Part shown: positions 1 through 9,999 of the stretch, piece after piece
Layout: each line of letters opens with the position of its first letter
How positions within the stretch are numbered: the stretch's first letter is position 1
DNA from: Candidatus Sumerlaeia bacterium
GTDB taxonomy: Bacteria; Sumerlaeota; Sumerlaeia; SLMS01
Assembly: GCA_038208905.1 (NCBI GenBank)
Contig: JBBQYG010000075.1
Location: 1-17,642, forward strand
Reading direction: 5' to 3'
DNA length: 17,642 nt
Notes under the pieces: generated by a model
What the model was told of the DNA's origin: nothing
Seen by the model: only the letters and a program-made list of their open reading frames with translations
Database searches by the model: none
Program-made: the position numbers and the translations under genes

Positions 1-294
1 GGCCACCCGCATCGACGATAATCGGTTCCTGTTCCCAATTTCCCTACCACACAATCTCCGCCGCGCCGTGCGTCCGCAGGAATTCTTTGGCGCGGGAGAA
101 GTGGCGGGAGCCGAAGAAGCCTCGGTCGGCGGAGAGGGGGCTGGGGTGGGGGGCCTCTAGGACGAGGTGGCGGGTTGCGTCGATGAGCGGCGCCGCCTTG
201 GCCGCGCCCGTTGCGGCCCCAGAGCCTGAAGTCCAGCGGCTCGGGCCGCGCGGCGCATCATGGGACAGTGCTCCGCGGTAGACTCGCAATTGTT

Positions 295-1701
<1,407 letters not shown>

Positions 1702-1837
1702 GGGCGCTCCCTGTGGCGGATGGTGAGGCATCGCGCGCCGCGCACGCTGTCTCAACGCGAATTGCTGCGGCACCTCCGAGACGACTTGCCAGGGTGCCCG
1801 GGAGGTTAGGCGGCGCGCGGCGATTGGGTTCTTTCGC

Positions 1838-3319
1838 TCAGTGAAGGAGCCAGGTTTCTTCCGCCGAATCCTGCACGGGAAACAAGAACTGCAGGATCGG
1901 CGCAAGGCGCCCGGCCCAGGCGCCTTCATTGTGGGCGTCGCCGTGGGAGACGAGGTGGAGGAAGTCGGGCCCGATGGCGTAGCCATTCCCGATCAGCGCG
2001 TCGCGCGCGCGGAGCGTGTCCACGGTTCCGTCGCCGCTGGTTCCCGCGGTGCCACTGTCCAGGTAGAATCGCACGTCGCGCGGGGCGTCTTCCCCGAGAT
2101 GCGTATAGACGAGGTCGCCCGTTGTTCCGCCTGTCCAGTAGGCGGGGGAGAGCGCCGCGTGGCTGCGGGCAAAGGCGGCGAAATCCCACGCGAGATAGGT
2201 GCTGAAAAATCCACCCATGGAGGAGCCCATCGTGGCGGCGTTGTCGCGGCCCGGGCGGATGCGATAGTTGGCGGCGATGTTGGGGGCTACCTCGTTGATG
2301 TAGTAGGCCGCGGTCGCGGCGGCGCGCGACTGAAACAGGCCGTCGCCATAGGGCGGGAGGTATTCGGGGATCCGCTCGCTTCCGCCGTGGCTTACGCCCA
2401 CGATGACGATTTCCGGCAGGCGGCCCTGGCGAATCAGCAGCGTCGCCGTTTCGTCGGCGCGCCAGCTTGCGCCGAAACCGCTATCGCCGACAAACGCCTG
2501 AAAGCAGTTCTGTCCATCGTGCATATACAGCACGGGATAGTCGCGGTCTGCGTGCTCGTCGTATCCGCGCGGCAGATAGATATACAGCGCGCGCGTGGGA
2601 AGGCTCCCCGCGAATCCAGACTGCTTGACCACGCGCGGCGCCGAAACCAACGGCGCCGGGCGATAGTCGAAGAGATCGCCATCCTGCAACCACGGGCTCG
2701 CAAGCGTGGTGATATAGTGGGGACCATACGGCGCGACGTCGTAGCTGCCATTGCCGAGGTCGATGCGAAATTCCCAGTCGCCGCCGACGGGCGGCAGGCC
2801 ATCGAGCGCCGCGCGCCACAGCGACTCGCCCGGCCCGCGGCCGTCGGCCTCTCTCGAAAACGGAATCCGCCGATAGGCCGCGCCGTCGCGGATCTCCAGA
2901 ACTGGATTCGCAACCCCGCTGAAGTACCGCATCGCGCCGCCACGCCGCGCGGGGGCATCGCCGCCGGTGGTCGCCGTCAGCGGGCTCGCGGAAATGAACG
3001 TCGCGTTTGTGGGATCGCCGAGACGCGCCGCCGCATCCTCTCGCAATAGATACCGATACGCGACCGTCGTCCCCGGCGGCAAATCCACCTCGACGAACCA
3101 CACGGGGTAGCTCTCGGGAGAGAGCTTCAGCGCGTCCACCACGCTCCCCCCGCCCAGCAGCGGATGATCGCCGAGGACGAAGACGCTGGTGCCAAACGTG
3201 GTTGGCTGGCTGATCTCAAAACGCACACGCTCCGCGGAGGCGGAGGTGGCAAGGAGAGCGGCGATCAGCACTGTCAACCGGCGCGTCACCGGATATCCTG
3301 ATTTGGAATCTGTGTTCAT
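1838..3319 (-). CDS. Secreted alpha/beta-hydrolase (putative esterase, PF00756-like) with N-terminal CBM20-like and probable CBM25-like modules
   Basis: Start at ATG 3319 overlaps the upstream stop (ATGA). Signal peptide RRLTVLIAALLATSASA. CBM20-like segment TTFGTSVFVLGDHPLLG...SYPVWFVEVDLPPGTTVAYRY. Esterase motifs YIYLPRGY, YPVLYMHDGQN, nucleophile elbow GSSMGG, HNEGAW. Confidence 0.88.
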   Translation of the reverse strand: MNTDSKSGYPVTRRLTVLIAALLATSASAERVRFEISQPTTFGTSVFVLGDHPLLGGGSVVDALKLSPESYPVWFVEVDLPPGTTVAYRYLLREDAAARLGDPTNATFISASPLTATTGGDAPARRGGAMRYFSGVANPVLEIRDGAAYRRIPFSREADGRGPGESLWRAALDGLPPVGGDWEFRIDLGNGSYDVAPYGPHYITTLASPWLQDGDLFDYRPAPLVSAPRVVKQSGFAGSLPTRALYIYLPRGYDEHADRDYPVLYMHDGQNCFQAFVGDSGFGASWRADETATLLIRQGRLPEIVIVGVSHGGSERIPEYLPPYGDGLFQSRAAATAAYYINEVAPNIAANYRIRPGRDNAATMGSSMGGFFSTYLAWDFAAFARSHAALSPAYWTGGTTGDLVYTHLGEDAPRDVRFYLDSGTAGTSGDGTVDTLRARDALIGNGYAIGPDFLHLVSHGDAHNEGAWAGRLAPILQFLFPVQDSAEETWLLH

Positions 3320-3633
3320 CGATTTCCCAAGGTGTTGGCGTATTCCAAAGGAGTCATCCCGTTGGCAAAAGTGATCCGGCGAAGTTCCGCTGGGGAAAGC
3401 GCGGCATCGCAAGCCTTCATGACGAGGTCAGAGCGCGTCATGTGATCCAGTGGCTCCCACTTGGCCCAGATCACGAAGACATGCAACGGTCCCCTGTCCT
3501 TTATCTCCTCAATGATCACATCGGGTCCGCCCGTATCGGAGGTATCCCCGGCGCGCAGTTCGGCGGCGAGTTCAGCGACCAGATCCGGCGCGGTGTCTTC
3601 GGAGCGCGGAGACTTGATTCGCTTCGCCGGCAT
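3316..3633 (-). CDS. Small hypothetical protein, 105 aa, BolA/KH-like pattern; possible antitoxin partner of the upstream HEPN remnant
   Basis: GAGG 7-8 nt before the ATG; stop overlaps the next start. The sequence LHVFVIWAKWEPLDHMTRSDLVMKA...ANGMTPLE resembles the BolA pattern (V.VVS..FEG.....R.RLVY.AL...TPEE). Function is inferred. Confidence 0.7.
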   Translation of the reverse strand: MPAKRIKSPRSEDTAPDLVAELAAELRAGDTSDTGGPDVIIEEIKDRGPLHVFVIWAKWEPLDHMTRSDLVMKACDAALSPAELRRITFANGMTPLEYANTLGNR

Positions 3634-3642
3634 TCGCGTGCC

Positions 3643-3808
3643 TCATGCAATACTGCGGAGTGTAGCCGCCGCCCGCCGACATTCGGCGAGGACAGCGGTT
3701 GCTTCATCTTGTGTCGCACAGGCGGGGACGTAGCGCAAGCGAACATCCCGCGCGGCCACTCTCGCACATCTCGGCCTTGCAGTAGTCCGGGGCTACGATT
3801 GTATCGCC
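3643..3808 (-). pseudogene. Probable 3' remnant of a HEPN-like gene
   Basis: My translation of the minus strand gives GDTIVAPDYCKAEM / one extra base near 3766 / ARVAARDVRLRYVPACATQDEATAVLAECRRAATLRSIA*. This resembles the W...LRY.P.....EA..FL C-terminus of HEPN proteins. The stop TGA lies 9 nt before the next ATG. No N-terminal half is visible. Confidence 0.4.
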
Positions 3809-3884
3809 GCTCCCGCAGCGATTGGGCAGCCTTGCAGGTGACGAAATCGCTGCCCGAGGGGAAGTGTGTCTCGCCCGCGCCATG

Positions 3885-5033
3885 CTACTTCTTCGGCAAC
3901 AGTGCCTTCACCCTCGGCTCGAAGGCTAGGGCATAGCGATAGAACCCGAGGTCCGTCGGATGGACGCCGTCCACGGTGGCTTCCTCGGGGCCGGGCTCAA
4001 GGACGTCGGCGGACATGAGGGTGATGTTCTTGACGCCCTCCTTCTGCAGCGTCGCAAACGCCTCGCGCAGCTTGATGTTGGAGGTGTTCTTGCGCCACTC
4101 GCTGGGGTTCTCCACCAGGAGGATCGGCGTCTCGGGCTTGTAGTTGCGCAGTCGGCGGACGAAGTCGGCGGCGCGTTCCTCCACGAGTTCCGGCGTCATG
4201 TTGGGAACGGCGTCCAGGACATAGAGGTCGGTGTCGATCTCTCCGAGGAGGTCGGCCATGGCGGGTTCCATCTTTCCGGCGCCGGAGAATCCGAGGTTGA
4301 TGACCTCGCGATCCAGCCAGCGGGAGAGCAGCGCCGTGTGGCACATTCCCGTGCGCGAGGCGCAGCCGCCCTGGGTGATCGACGTGCCATAGAACACGAT
4401 CGGCTTGGTGGTCCGCTTGGCCGGCGCGCCAAGGATCGCGCTCTTCTCCACGCCGATCTTCAGGTCGGTGACCTTCTGATAGAGGGGAAGGAAGAGGAGG
4501 TACTCCACGGGTGTCCGCTCCTGATCCTTCAGGAGCGTCGCCACGGTGCGCTCGGGCTTGGGCCGACCCACGGCGGCGAACTCCCAGCCCGATGCCGTGC
4601 GTCTATACAGGTCGAGCCCGCTGACGCCGGTGGCGGCCATGTGGTTCATCGCCTCTCCGCCATCCCACGCGGCACCGAGGATCCGCGAGTCGGTGATGAA
4701 GCGGACGCTGATGCCGGCGGTCTGCTTGCTCAGGTTCCACACGGCCGGCGTCACCGTCCACTCCGCCCGCGCGGGCAACCGCTCCCACGGGCCGTTGGTG
4801 TCGGGCCACCCCTTGCCCTCCACCAGGAACTCCTTCGCGTCGAACCAATCCAGTTCCGACTCCGGCTCCGTGGTCGCCAACTTGGGGTCCACGTCGCGGT
4901 CGATCTTGGGCTTCTGGCCATCGATGACCGCTGGCGTGGCCGAAACCGCCACCGGCGAACCGCCCGCCCCGGGCTTCATCCACTGGCAGCCGGACACGAG
5001 CGATACGAGAAGGAGGGACAGGAGAAGGCGCAT
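3885..5033 (-). CDS. SGNH/GDSL hydrolase lipoprotein (GxDLY N-terminal domain + Lipase_GDSL_3-type domain), 382 aa
   Basis: Lipobox LVSGC after a hydrophobic stretch; SGLDLY motif; block I FYGTSITQG; NLGFSG; catalytic DGVHP. Confidence 0.92.
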   Translation of the reverse strand: MRLLLSLLLVSLVSGCQWMKPGAGGSPVAVSATPAVIDGQKPKIDRDVDPKLATTEPESELDWFDAKEFLVEGKGWPDTNGPWERLPARAEWTVTPAVWNLSKQTAGISVRFITDSRILGAAWDGGEAMNHMAATGVSGLDLYRRTASGWEFAAVGRPKPERTVATLLKDQERTPVEYLLFLPLYQKVTDLKIGVEKSAILGAPAKRTTKPIVFYGTSITQGGCASRTGMCHTALLSRWLDREVINLGFSGAGKMEPAMADLLGEIDTDLYVLDAVPNMTPELVEERAADFVRRLRNYKPETPILLVENPSEWRKNTSNIKLREAFATLQKEGVKNITLMSADVLEPGPEEATVDGVHPTDLGFYRYALAFEPRVKALLPKK

Positions 5034-5165
5034 GGCGGGGAAGCTCCGCTAAAATAGGGTTCGGGCGATCAGCAGCGCCGAAGGGTGGCACTTCGCGTGA
5101 GGGAGCGCAAGGATCGGTTGAGCGTGGGTGGCGCGCGCATCCTGCCCGCGTATTTTCCGCCGCAT

Positions 5166-5389
5166 TTATTGGCGCCGCAGCGAGGCGTTCAATCTCAGTC
5201 CCGGAATCCTTGAGAATACCTGCCCGCTGCTCCACAGTTCCGCATCGGGGGTGATCGCGGTAGCTGCGATAATTGCATCCGCGAGCTTGAGGCGGTATCG
5301 GCGTGGGATGCGAACGGCCGGAATCTCCGCCAAGCCCCCCGCCGCCATGTAATCAGCGCGTTCGTATCGAGGACAATCAGTCTGGCCAT
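5166..5389 (-). pseudogene. Frameshifted, internally deleted PIN-domain (VapC-like) toxin
   Basis: N-terminus MARLIVLDTNALI (PIN LDTN motif) is in one frame. The C-terminal RRYRLKLADAIIAATAITPDAELWSSGQVFSRIPGL is in another. One added base after ...CTG ATT joins them into only about 74 aa, so the middle of the PIN fold is missing. Confidence 0.8.
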
Positions 5390-5631
5390 TCGTCGCGCAT
5401 CCGGCGCTGCACCTCGACCGCATCGCCGTCGAAGGGAATTGTGGACGCAATGGAGGCCCTTGCCTTGAACTTGATCTCATAGCGCTTGCGCGGATCCCGC
5501 GGGGCGATGCTGACCTCCAGCGGCTCGCCGGGGGTGTAGCGCGGGGAGGGAATCTCCACATGGATGGAGCCATTCTCTCCCGACGTTGCGCGGACCACGA
5601 TTCGATTCATCGCCGAGTCATTTGTGTCCAT
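5377..5631 (-). CDS. Putative antitoxin upstream of the PIN pseudogene, about 84 aa (alternative start 5610)
   Basis: Small ORF with AGAAGG upstream of ATG 5631. Its stop overlaps the PIN start by 13 nt. The C-terminus DAVEVQRRMRDEW is the D..E.Q..LR.EW tail typical of VapB-like partners; the N-terminus is a beta-rich NGSIHVEIP segment. Confidence 0.72.
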   Translation of the reverse strand: MDTNDSAMNRIVVRATSGENGSIHVEIPSPRYTPGEPLEVSIAPRDPRKRYEIKFKARASIASTIPFDGDAVEVQRRMRDEWPD

Positions 5632-5805
5632 TCGTGGCAACCTTCTCGTGGCGCCGGTTCTCCCCCGTTGGGGTGAACGGAGTATCTGCTCCGGCGATGG
5701 CACTGCTTGCTTGAGGATATCTAGGAGTTCCTGCGCTCCGTTTCGCCTTGCTGACTTCATTGGCCCACGCATCATCGCCCCATCCCTATCCGCGAAGGTC
5801 GCCCA

Positions 5806-6594
5806 ATGCGCTTTGCCATCCTGGTTACAATCCTGGCCCTGACTTTTGCGCAGCCACTCTTTGCCGCCGATTCACTGCGCATTGCCATCTATGCAGACGC
5901 GGGCGCGATGGAGCCGTATATCACGAAGGCCGCCGACGCGGCGACTTCGGCGGGGATGGCGGTGTCGCGCCTCACGGCACAGGACATCGTGGCGGGCGTG
6001 CTCTCCGCGCAGGACGCGATCGTGTTTCCCGGCGGCACGGGGGGCGGGCTGGCGCGGTCGCTCGGCGCGGCGGCCAGCCCCATCGTCCGCGAGTTCGTGG
6101 CGGGCGGCGGCGGCGTCATCGGCATTTGCGCGGGCGGCTACTTGCTGTCGGATGGATACAGCGAGGACACGAATCGCCTGGAACTGATCAACGCGGGCCG
6201 CTGGGATTCCGACAACTGGGCGCGCGGCGAGGGCTTCGTGGAGATTCAGCCGACCGGGAGCGACGAGGCGAAGCCCCTGCGCATTCGATTCGAGAACGCA
6301 CCCGTCTTTGTGCCGTCCAAGAAGGGGCTCGACCTGCCGCCCTATGTTTCGCTCGCCACCTTCAGGACCGACCTGACCGGCGAGCCCGTCAACCGCGAGT
6401 CCATTATCGGCAAGGACGCCATCATCGCCGCGCCCTACGGCAAGGGCCGCGTCGTACTGTTTGGGCCCCATCCCGAGCTGACGCCTGGACTCGAGCACAA
6501 CTATCAGAATGCGCTGCGCTGGGTGGCGGGCGAAGGCGACGGGGTGATTTCCTGGCGGAGCGTCCTGGGAAGCGAGAAAGCGGGTACGAATTAG
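5806..6594 (+). CDS. Secreted stand-alone BPL-N-like (class I glutamine amidotransferase-like) domain protein, 262 aa
   Basis: Signal peptide MRFAILVTILALTFAQPLFA; motifs IVFPGG, GGGVIGICAGGY (nucleophile Cys), YGKGRVVLFGPHPE (His-x-Glu). Confidence 0.88.
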   Translation: MRFAILVTILALTFAQPLFAADSLRIAIYADAGAMEPYITKAADAATSAGMAVSRLTAQDIVAGVLSAQDAIVFPGGTGGGLARSLGAAASPIVREFVAGGGGVIGICAGGYLLSDGYSEDTNRLELINAGRWDSDNWARGEGFVEIQPTGSDEAKPLRIRFENAPVFVPSKKGLDLPPYVSLATFRTDLTGEPVNRESIIGKDAIIAAPYGKGRVVLFGPHPELTPGLEHNYQNALRWVAGEGDGVISWRSVLGSEKAGTN

Positions 6595-6597
6595 ACA

Positions 6598-6616
6598 GCG
6601 TGGGCGGGGTCCACGC
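6598..6616. terminator. Short GC-rich hairpin between convergent genes
   Basis: GCGTGGG-cgggg-TCCACGC stem (one G-T pair) in the 36-nt gap between stops at 6594 and 6631. No U-tract. Confidence 0.25.
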
Positions 6617-6630
6617 GCGGATGGCCAGTT

Positions 6631-8547
6631 CTATGGATTCATCAAATAGAGCGCCAGGGCGCCTTGGCGCGCCACCTCGCGCAGGTGCTGATTCCTGAAC
6701 AGGAGAAGTTGCTCGTTCGAGAATGTCGCGTCCTCCGTCAGGATGGCTTCGACCCTTTGATTTGCCAGCCACGCCTTCAGAGAATCCGCGGTCTCGCCCG
6801 GTTCCTCGGTGATGATCCGAAGCACATTCTTTCCGTGGATGTTGAGCAGCGGGAGGAGCGGCGTCTCGGTGGCGGCGATCGGATAGACTGGCTCGGTCAC
6901 CAGGACTCGCCCCCCTTTCTGGAGCTTCACTTCGTCGAGCGCGTCGATGATTGGCCAATCCGCGCGCGTCCGCCAATAGGCCTCAAAATCCGAGCGATTC
7001 AGATAGAGCCCCCAAGGGATCGGCCCCCTCGAAACGTAGTGGGGATGAATGCGCTCCGCCATGTGGGGGATGTGCCAGGCGCCGAACGAAACCAGGATCG
7101 CCGCCAGCAGGAGCGAATGCCATCGAGGAAGGCGCTTGGGAAAGTTGCCCGGGATTGAAAGGCCGATGCACACCGCGCCGACCAGCAGGTGGACGCCCGT
7201 CATGCCCAGGGCAAAGCGCCAGGCGGGGCTCAGCACCGAGAGCGGGAACCAGGCAATCCCCAAGGCGACCAGAAACTGCATATCCCGGCGTCGTCGCCTG
7301 CGCCCCCACGTCCACAGAAGGACGCCCACCAGAAAGCCGGATGTAAACCGGTAGGTATCCAGATAGTAGCTTGTCCTCAGGATGAGGATCGTCCTGTTGG
7401 CGAGGTCCATCCACCAATCGAATCCCAGCAGCGTGGGGCCCGCGAAGCCTCCGTAGGAGGCGAGAAAGTCCGCGGCAACCATCTGATAGGCCGGCGCCGT
7501 GTGAAACCAGTCCAGCGCGAAGGGGAAGAAGGGATTGTTGGTCAGATACAGACTCTTGGCAATCCACGGAATAACCGGAATCCAGATTCCGACCGCGAAG
7601 GCAACAGCCTCCCGAAGGGGGTATGTGATCCGGATGGGGAATCGCGCGCGGCACTGCTTCCACCCAAGCAGCAGAAACCCGACCACAACAAGCCCGGCCA
7701 GAAAAGAAACTGGAAGCCCGCTGATCTTGGTGCCACAGGCGCATCCTAGAAAAATTCCGGCCAGGAACAGGCACCTGGGGCGGTATCGATGCCCAAGCAG
7801 AAAGGACTTCGCGGCGACGACGGCGCCGAGGAATACGAACATCGCCATGCTCAGGTCCACGTGGGCCGACGGCGCGAACTCGATAATCTCCCGAGCCGAG
7901 AGCCACAGCCCGCCAACAATCCAGCCGAGTCCCGGCCGACCGGCGCGGCGCAGTTCCGTCACCATCACGGCGGCCATCGCAATGCAGCAGCAGACCTGGA
8001 ACACCTTGGGCGGGATGAAATTCCAAGGAGCGATGGCGAGTCCCCAATAGCCCGTCATATCCCCCAGGAAATGGAAGTTTGGCGCCAGCGCGTAAGGCGT
8101 CTCAAACAGGCGGCCCTGAATCGAGTACTGCTTGGGCAGGGTGATGTGATATGCATAGGAATCAATCAGCAGCAGTGGGTTCCAGGCCAGCAGGAGCAAC
8201 ATCCCCGCGAGCCCGCAGAACACCAGGGCGCCCGCGATGTCGCCCGGTGTCGCCCTCGTGGATCGAATCGCGGCGAGCGAGGAAACCTCCCGTCGCAACT
8301 GCGCCACACCCACCAAGGCACACGGGACGATGACCACCCAGCAGACCGATCTGGTCAGGATCCCCGCGGCGGCTCCGGCCAGTCCCAGCGATCCCATCGC
8401 TCCGAATCCAAGGGCGAGCCGCCACGCGAGCCGCTCCGCTCGCGATGTGATCGGACGACATGCCGCCTCGACTCGGAACAGGACGAGTGCCATCGTCCCC
8501 AGTCCTAGCGCCATCAACAGTAGAAGAGCGCAATAAAGGATCGTCAT
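6631..8547 (-). CDS. Polytopic membrane protein, probable GT-C fold glycosyltransferase (ArnT/PMT-like, DUF1420-type), 638 aa
   Basis: Many hydrophobic segments; loop motif DSYAYHITLPKQY; HVDL; GCACGTK; PW...YLTNNPFFPF; soluble C-terminal domain. Confidence 0.75.
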   Translation of the reverse strand: MTILYCALLLLMALGLGTMALVLFRVEAACRPITSRAERLAWRLALGFGAMGSLGLAGAAAGILTRSVCWVVIVPCALVGVAQLRREVSSLAAIRSTRATPGDIAGALVFCGLAGMLLLLAWNPLLLIDSYAYHITLPKQYSIQGRLFETPYALAPNFHFLGDMTGYWGLAIAPWNFIPPKVFQVCCCIAMAAVMVTELRRAGRPGLGWIVGGLWLSAREIIEFAPSAHVDLSMAMFVFLGAVVAAKSFLLGHRYRPRCLFLAGIFLGCACGTKISGLPVSFLAGLVVVGFLLLGWKQCRARFPIRITYPLREAVAFAVGIWIPVIPWIAKSLYLTNNPFFPFALDWFHTAPAYQMVAADFLASYGGFAGPTLLGFDWWMDLANRTILILRTSYYLDTYRFTSGFLVGVLLWTWGRRRRRRDMQFLVALGIAWFPLSVLSPAWRFALGMTGVHLLVGAVCIGLSIPGNFPKRLPRWHSLLLAAILVSFGAWHIPHMAERIHPHYVSRGPIPWGLYLNRSDFEAYWRTRADWPIIDALDEVKLQKGGRVLVTEPVYPIAATETPLLPLLNIHGKNVLRIITEEPGETADSLKAWLANQRVEAILTEDATFSNEQLLLFRNQHLREVARQGALALYLMNP

Positions 8548-8724
8548 CGTCGGCCTTTTGCTGGGTAAGCGCGGATGAAACGAATCACCTGCACGCTTCC
8601 ACTTGGGTGAAGGCGATCAGCTTCGTCCCCACCCAGCGGTGCAAGCCCACCCTGAAGCGCGCGAGTGGGACATTACTACTGCGATGAACAGGCGCGACAA
8701 ACCGGAGTCGTTTCCGCCGAAGCC

Positions 8725-9999
8725 CTACTGCACCTGCCACGCCTCTGCCTGTGGCGGCGGTGCGATGGCGGCATAGGCGGAGAAGCCGTTGCCGTTCCAG
8801 CTCCGCACCCGGAAAGAGCGCGGCGCGGGGCCCGCGGGTGCGTGGTAAATCGTCCGGATATTGCCGACGAAGCGGCCCAGCGGGTGGAAGTTCACGAAGT
8901 CGTAGGAGGCATCCAGCTCGAAGCCGTCGGGGTTGGCTCCGTTGCTGATCCACGTCACGGTCGAGACACCCTCCGGGCTGGTCAGCGCAAAGATCGAGAA
9001 CGGCGTGGGCGGTGGGTCGTCGGTCTCCTGGCCGCCCGTCCAGCGCGTGGCGGCGTCGAAGAGTTCGAGGCCCGCGGGGGTCAGGAGCGTCATCTCCTGC
9101 GTGAACGTCTGGAGGAAGAAGCCGGTGCGGCGCGCGGGGGCGGCGATGCCGCCGCTCATCATGGCGCCGGTGCGATAGCCAAAGATGGTGGCCTTGGTGG
9201 GCTCGTTCTCGATGGTGGCGGCGATGGTTGCGTTGGCGTTGGGGATTCCCCATTGCAGGCGACCGGCGCTGGTGAACACGTCGAACGTCCCCGGGGGAAG
9301 GCCACCGGCGAGGGGGGAATTGCCCTCCACGATCGTCATGCGCGTCAGGTTGGGGATGAAGCCATAGTCCGTGTTGATCACCAGGCCCGTCATGCCAAAC
9401 TCGTCGTAGTTGTAGTCCTCCGCGCAGAACACGGGAATGGTGACGTCGCGCCACTTGGTGCCGACGTTGTTGGAGGAGACCGACTCGGAAATGAAGATCA
9501 GCGCCATGCCGTTTGCGCTGGCGGTGTTTGCGCTGGCGGCGAGGATAGGGATAACGCGATAGCCCCATGTCTCCAGCCGGGCGGCGGTCGCCACGTCGCC
9601 GGGAATCAGCGGCAGGAACCCCACCACCATCAGGCAGTCGCGTGACGGAAAGCCGACGGAAATCTGAATCGGGAACGAATCCGTGGTGCTGGTATCGGCA
9701 GAGGTCGCCCGCGCGACCAGCGTATAGACACCGCGCCCGGGCGGTGTCCACGCGAGGGAGTAGGGCTCCGCGGAGTCGCTGCCGAGACCGCCGTCATTGG
9801 CGAGGAATTCGACGGAGAGCGTCCCACTCGAGGGGCCATCCACACGCGCCAGCAGCGTGATCGTGGAGGTCGTTGTCCAAGTGGAGTCGGCGAGGGGGGA
9901 GTCGATCGTGACAGCCGCGCCGGCGGGGGAGAAGAGGGAGAGAAGAATCGCAGCGAGAGCGAAAAGTGGGGCAAACGAGCTACGCGCGATAGCCATCAT
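8725..9999 (-). CDS. Secreted multidomain protein: bacterial Ig-like domain + alpha/beta domain + FN3-like domain, 424 aa
   Basis: Signal peptide ending SPAGA. Big_7-like VTIDSP...VEFLAND...EPYSLAWTP..GVYTLVARAT. Central alpha/beta domain (LIFISESVSS..VGTKWRDVTIPV). Pro-rich linker DDPPPTP. FN3-like VTW...DGFEL...FRVRSWNGNGFSAY. Confidence 0.82.
   Translation of the reverse strand: MMAIARSSFAPLFALAAILLSLFSPAGAAVTIDSPLADSTWTTTSTITLLARVDGPSSGTLSVEFLANDGGLGSDSAEPYSLAWTPPGRGVYTLVARATSADTSTTDSFPIQISVGFPSRDCLMVVGFLPLIPGDVATAARLETWGYRVIPILAASANTASANGMALIFISESVSSNNVGTKWRDVTIPVFCAEDYNYDEFGMTGLVINTDYGFIPNLTRMTIVEGNSPLAGGLPPGTFDVFTSAGRLQWGIPNANATIAATIENEPTKATIFGYRTGAMMSGGIAAPARRTGFFLQTFTQEMTLLTPAGLELFDAATRWTGGQETDDPPPTPFSIFALTSPEGVSTVTWISNGANPDGFELDASYDFVNFHPLGRFVGNIRTIYHAPAGPAPRSFRVRSWNGNGFSAYAAIAPPPQAEAWQVQ

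Noticed and set aside
1-60. Possible start of a minus-strand gene (ATG CGG GTG GCC at 13) running off the left edge
   Set aside because: Only four codons are visible, so it cannot be supported.
1702-1986. N-terminal extensions in the ORF track (also 3320-3412, 12371-12430, 12590-12805, 15757-16173)
   Set aside because: They overlap neighbouring genes or repeats. Downstream ATGs fit the domain starts, signal peptides or RBS better.
3862-3888. GTGTGTCTCGCCCGCGCCATGCTAC as another REP copy
   Set aside because: It shares GTCTCGCCCGCG with the REP arms but the hairpin is broken, so it is too degenerate to call.
5698-5715. TGGCACTGCTTGC as a sigma-54 promoter for the BPL-N gene
   Set aside because: The GG-to-GC spacing is shorter than the required 10 nt.
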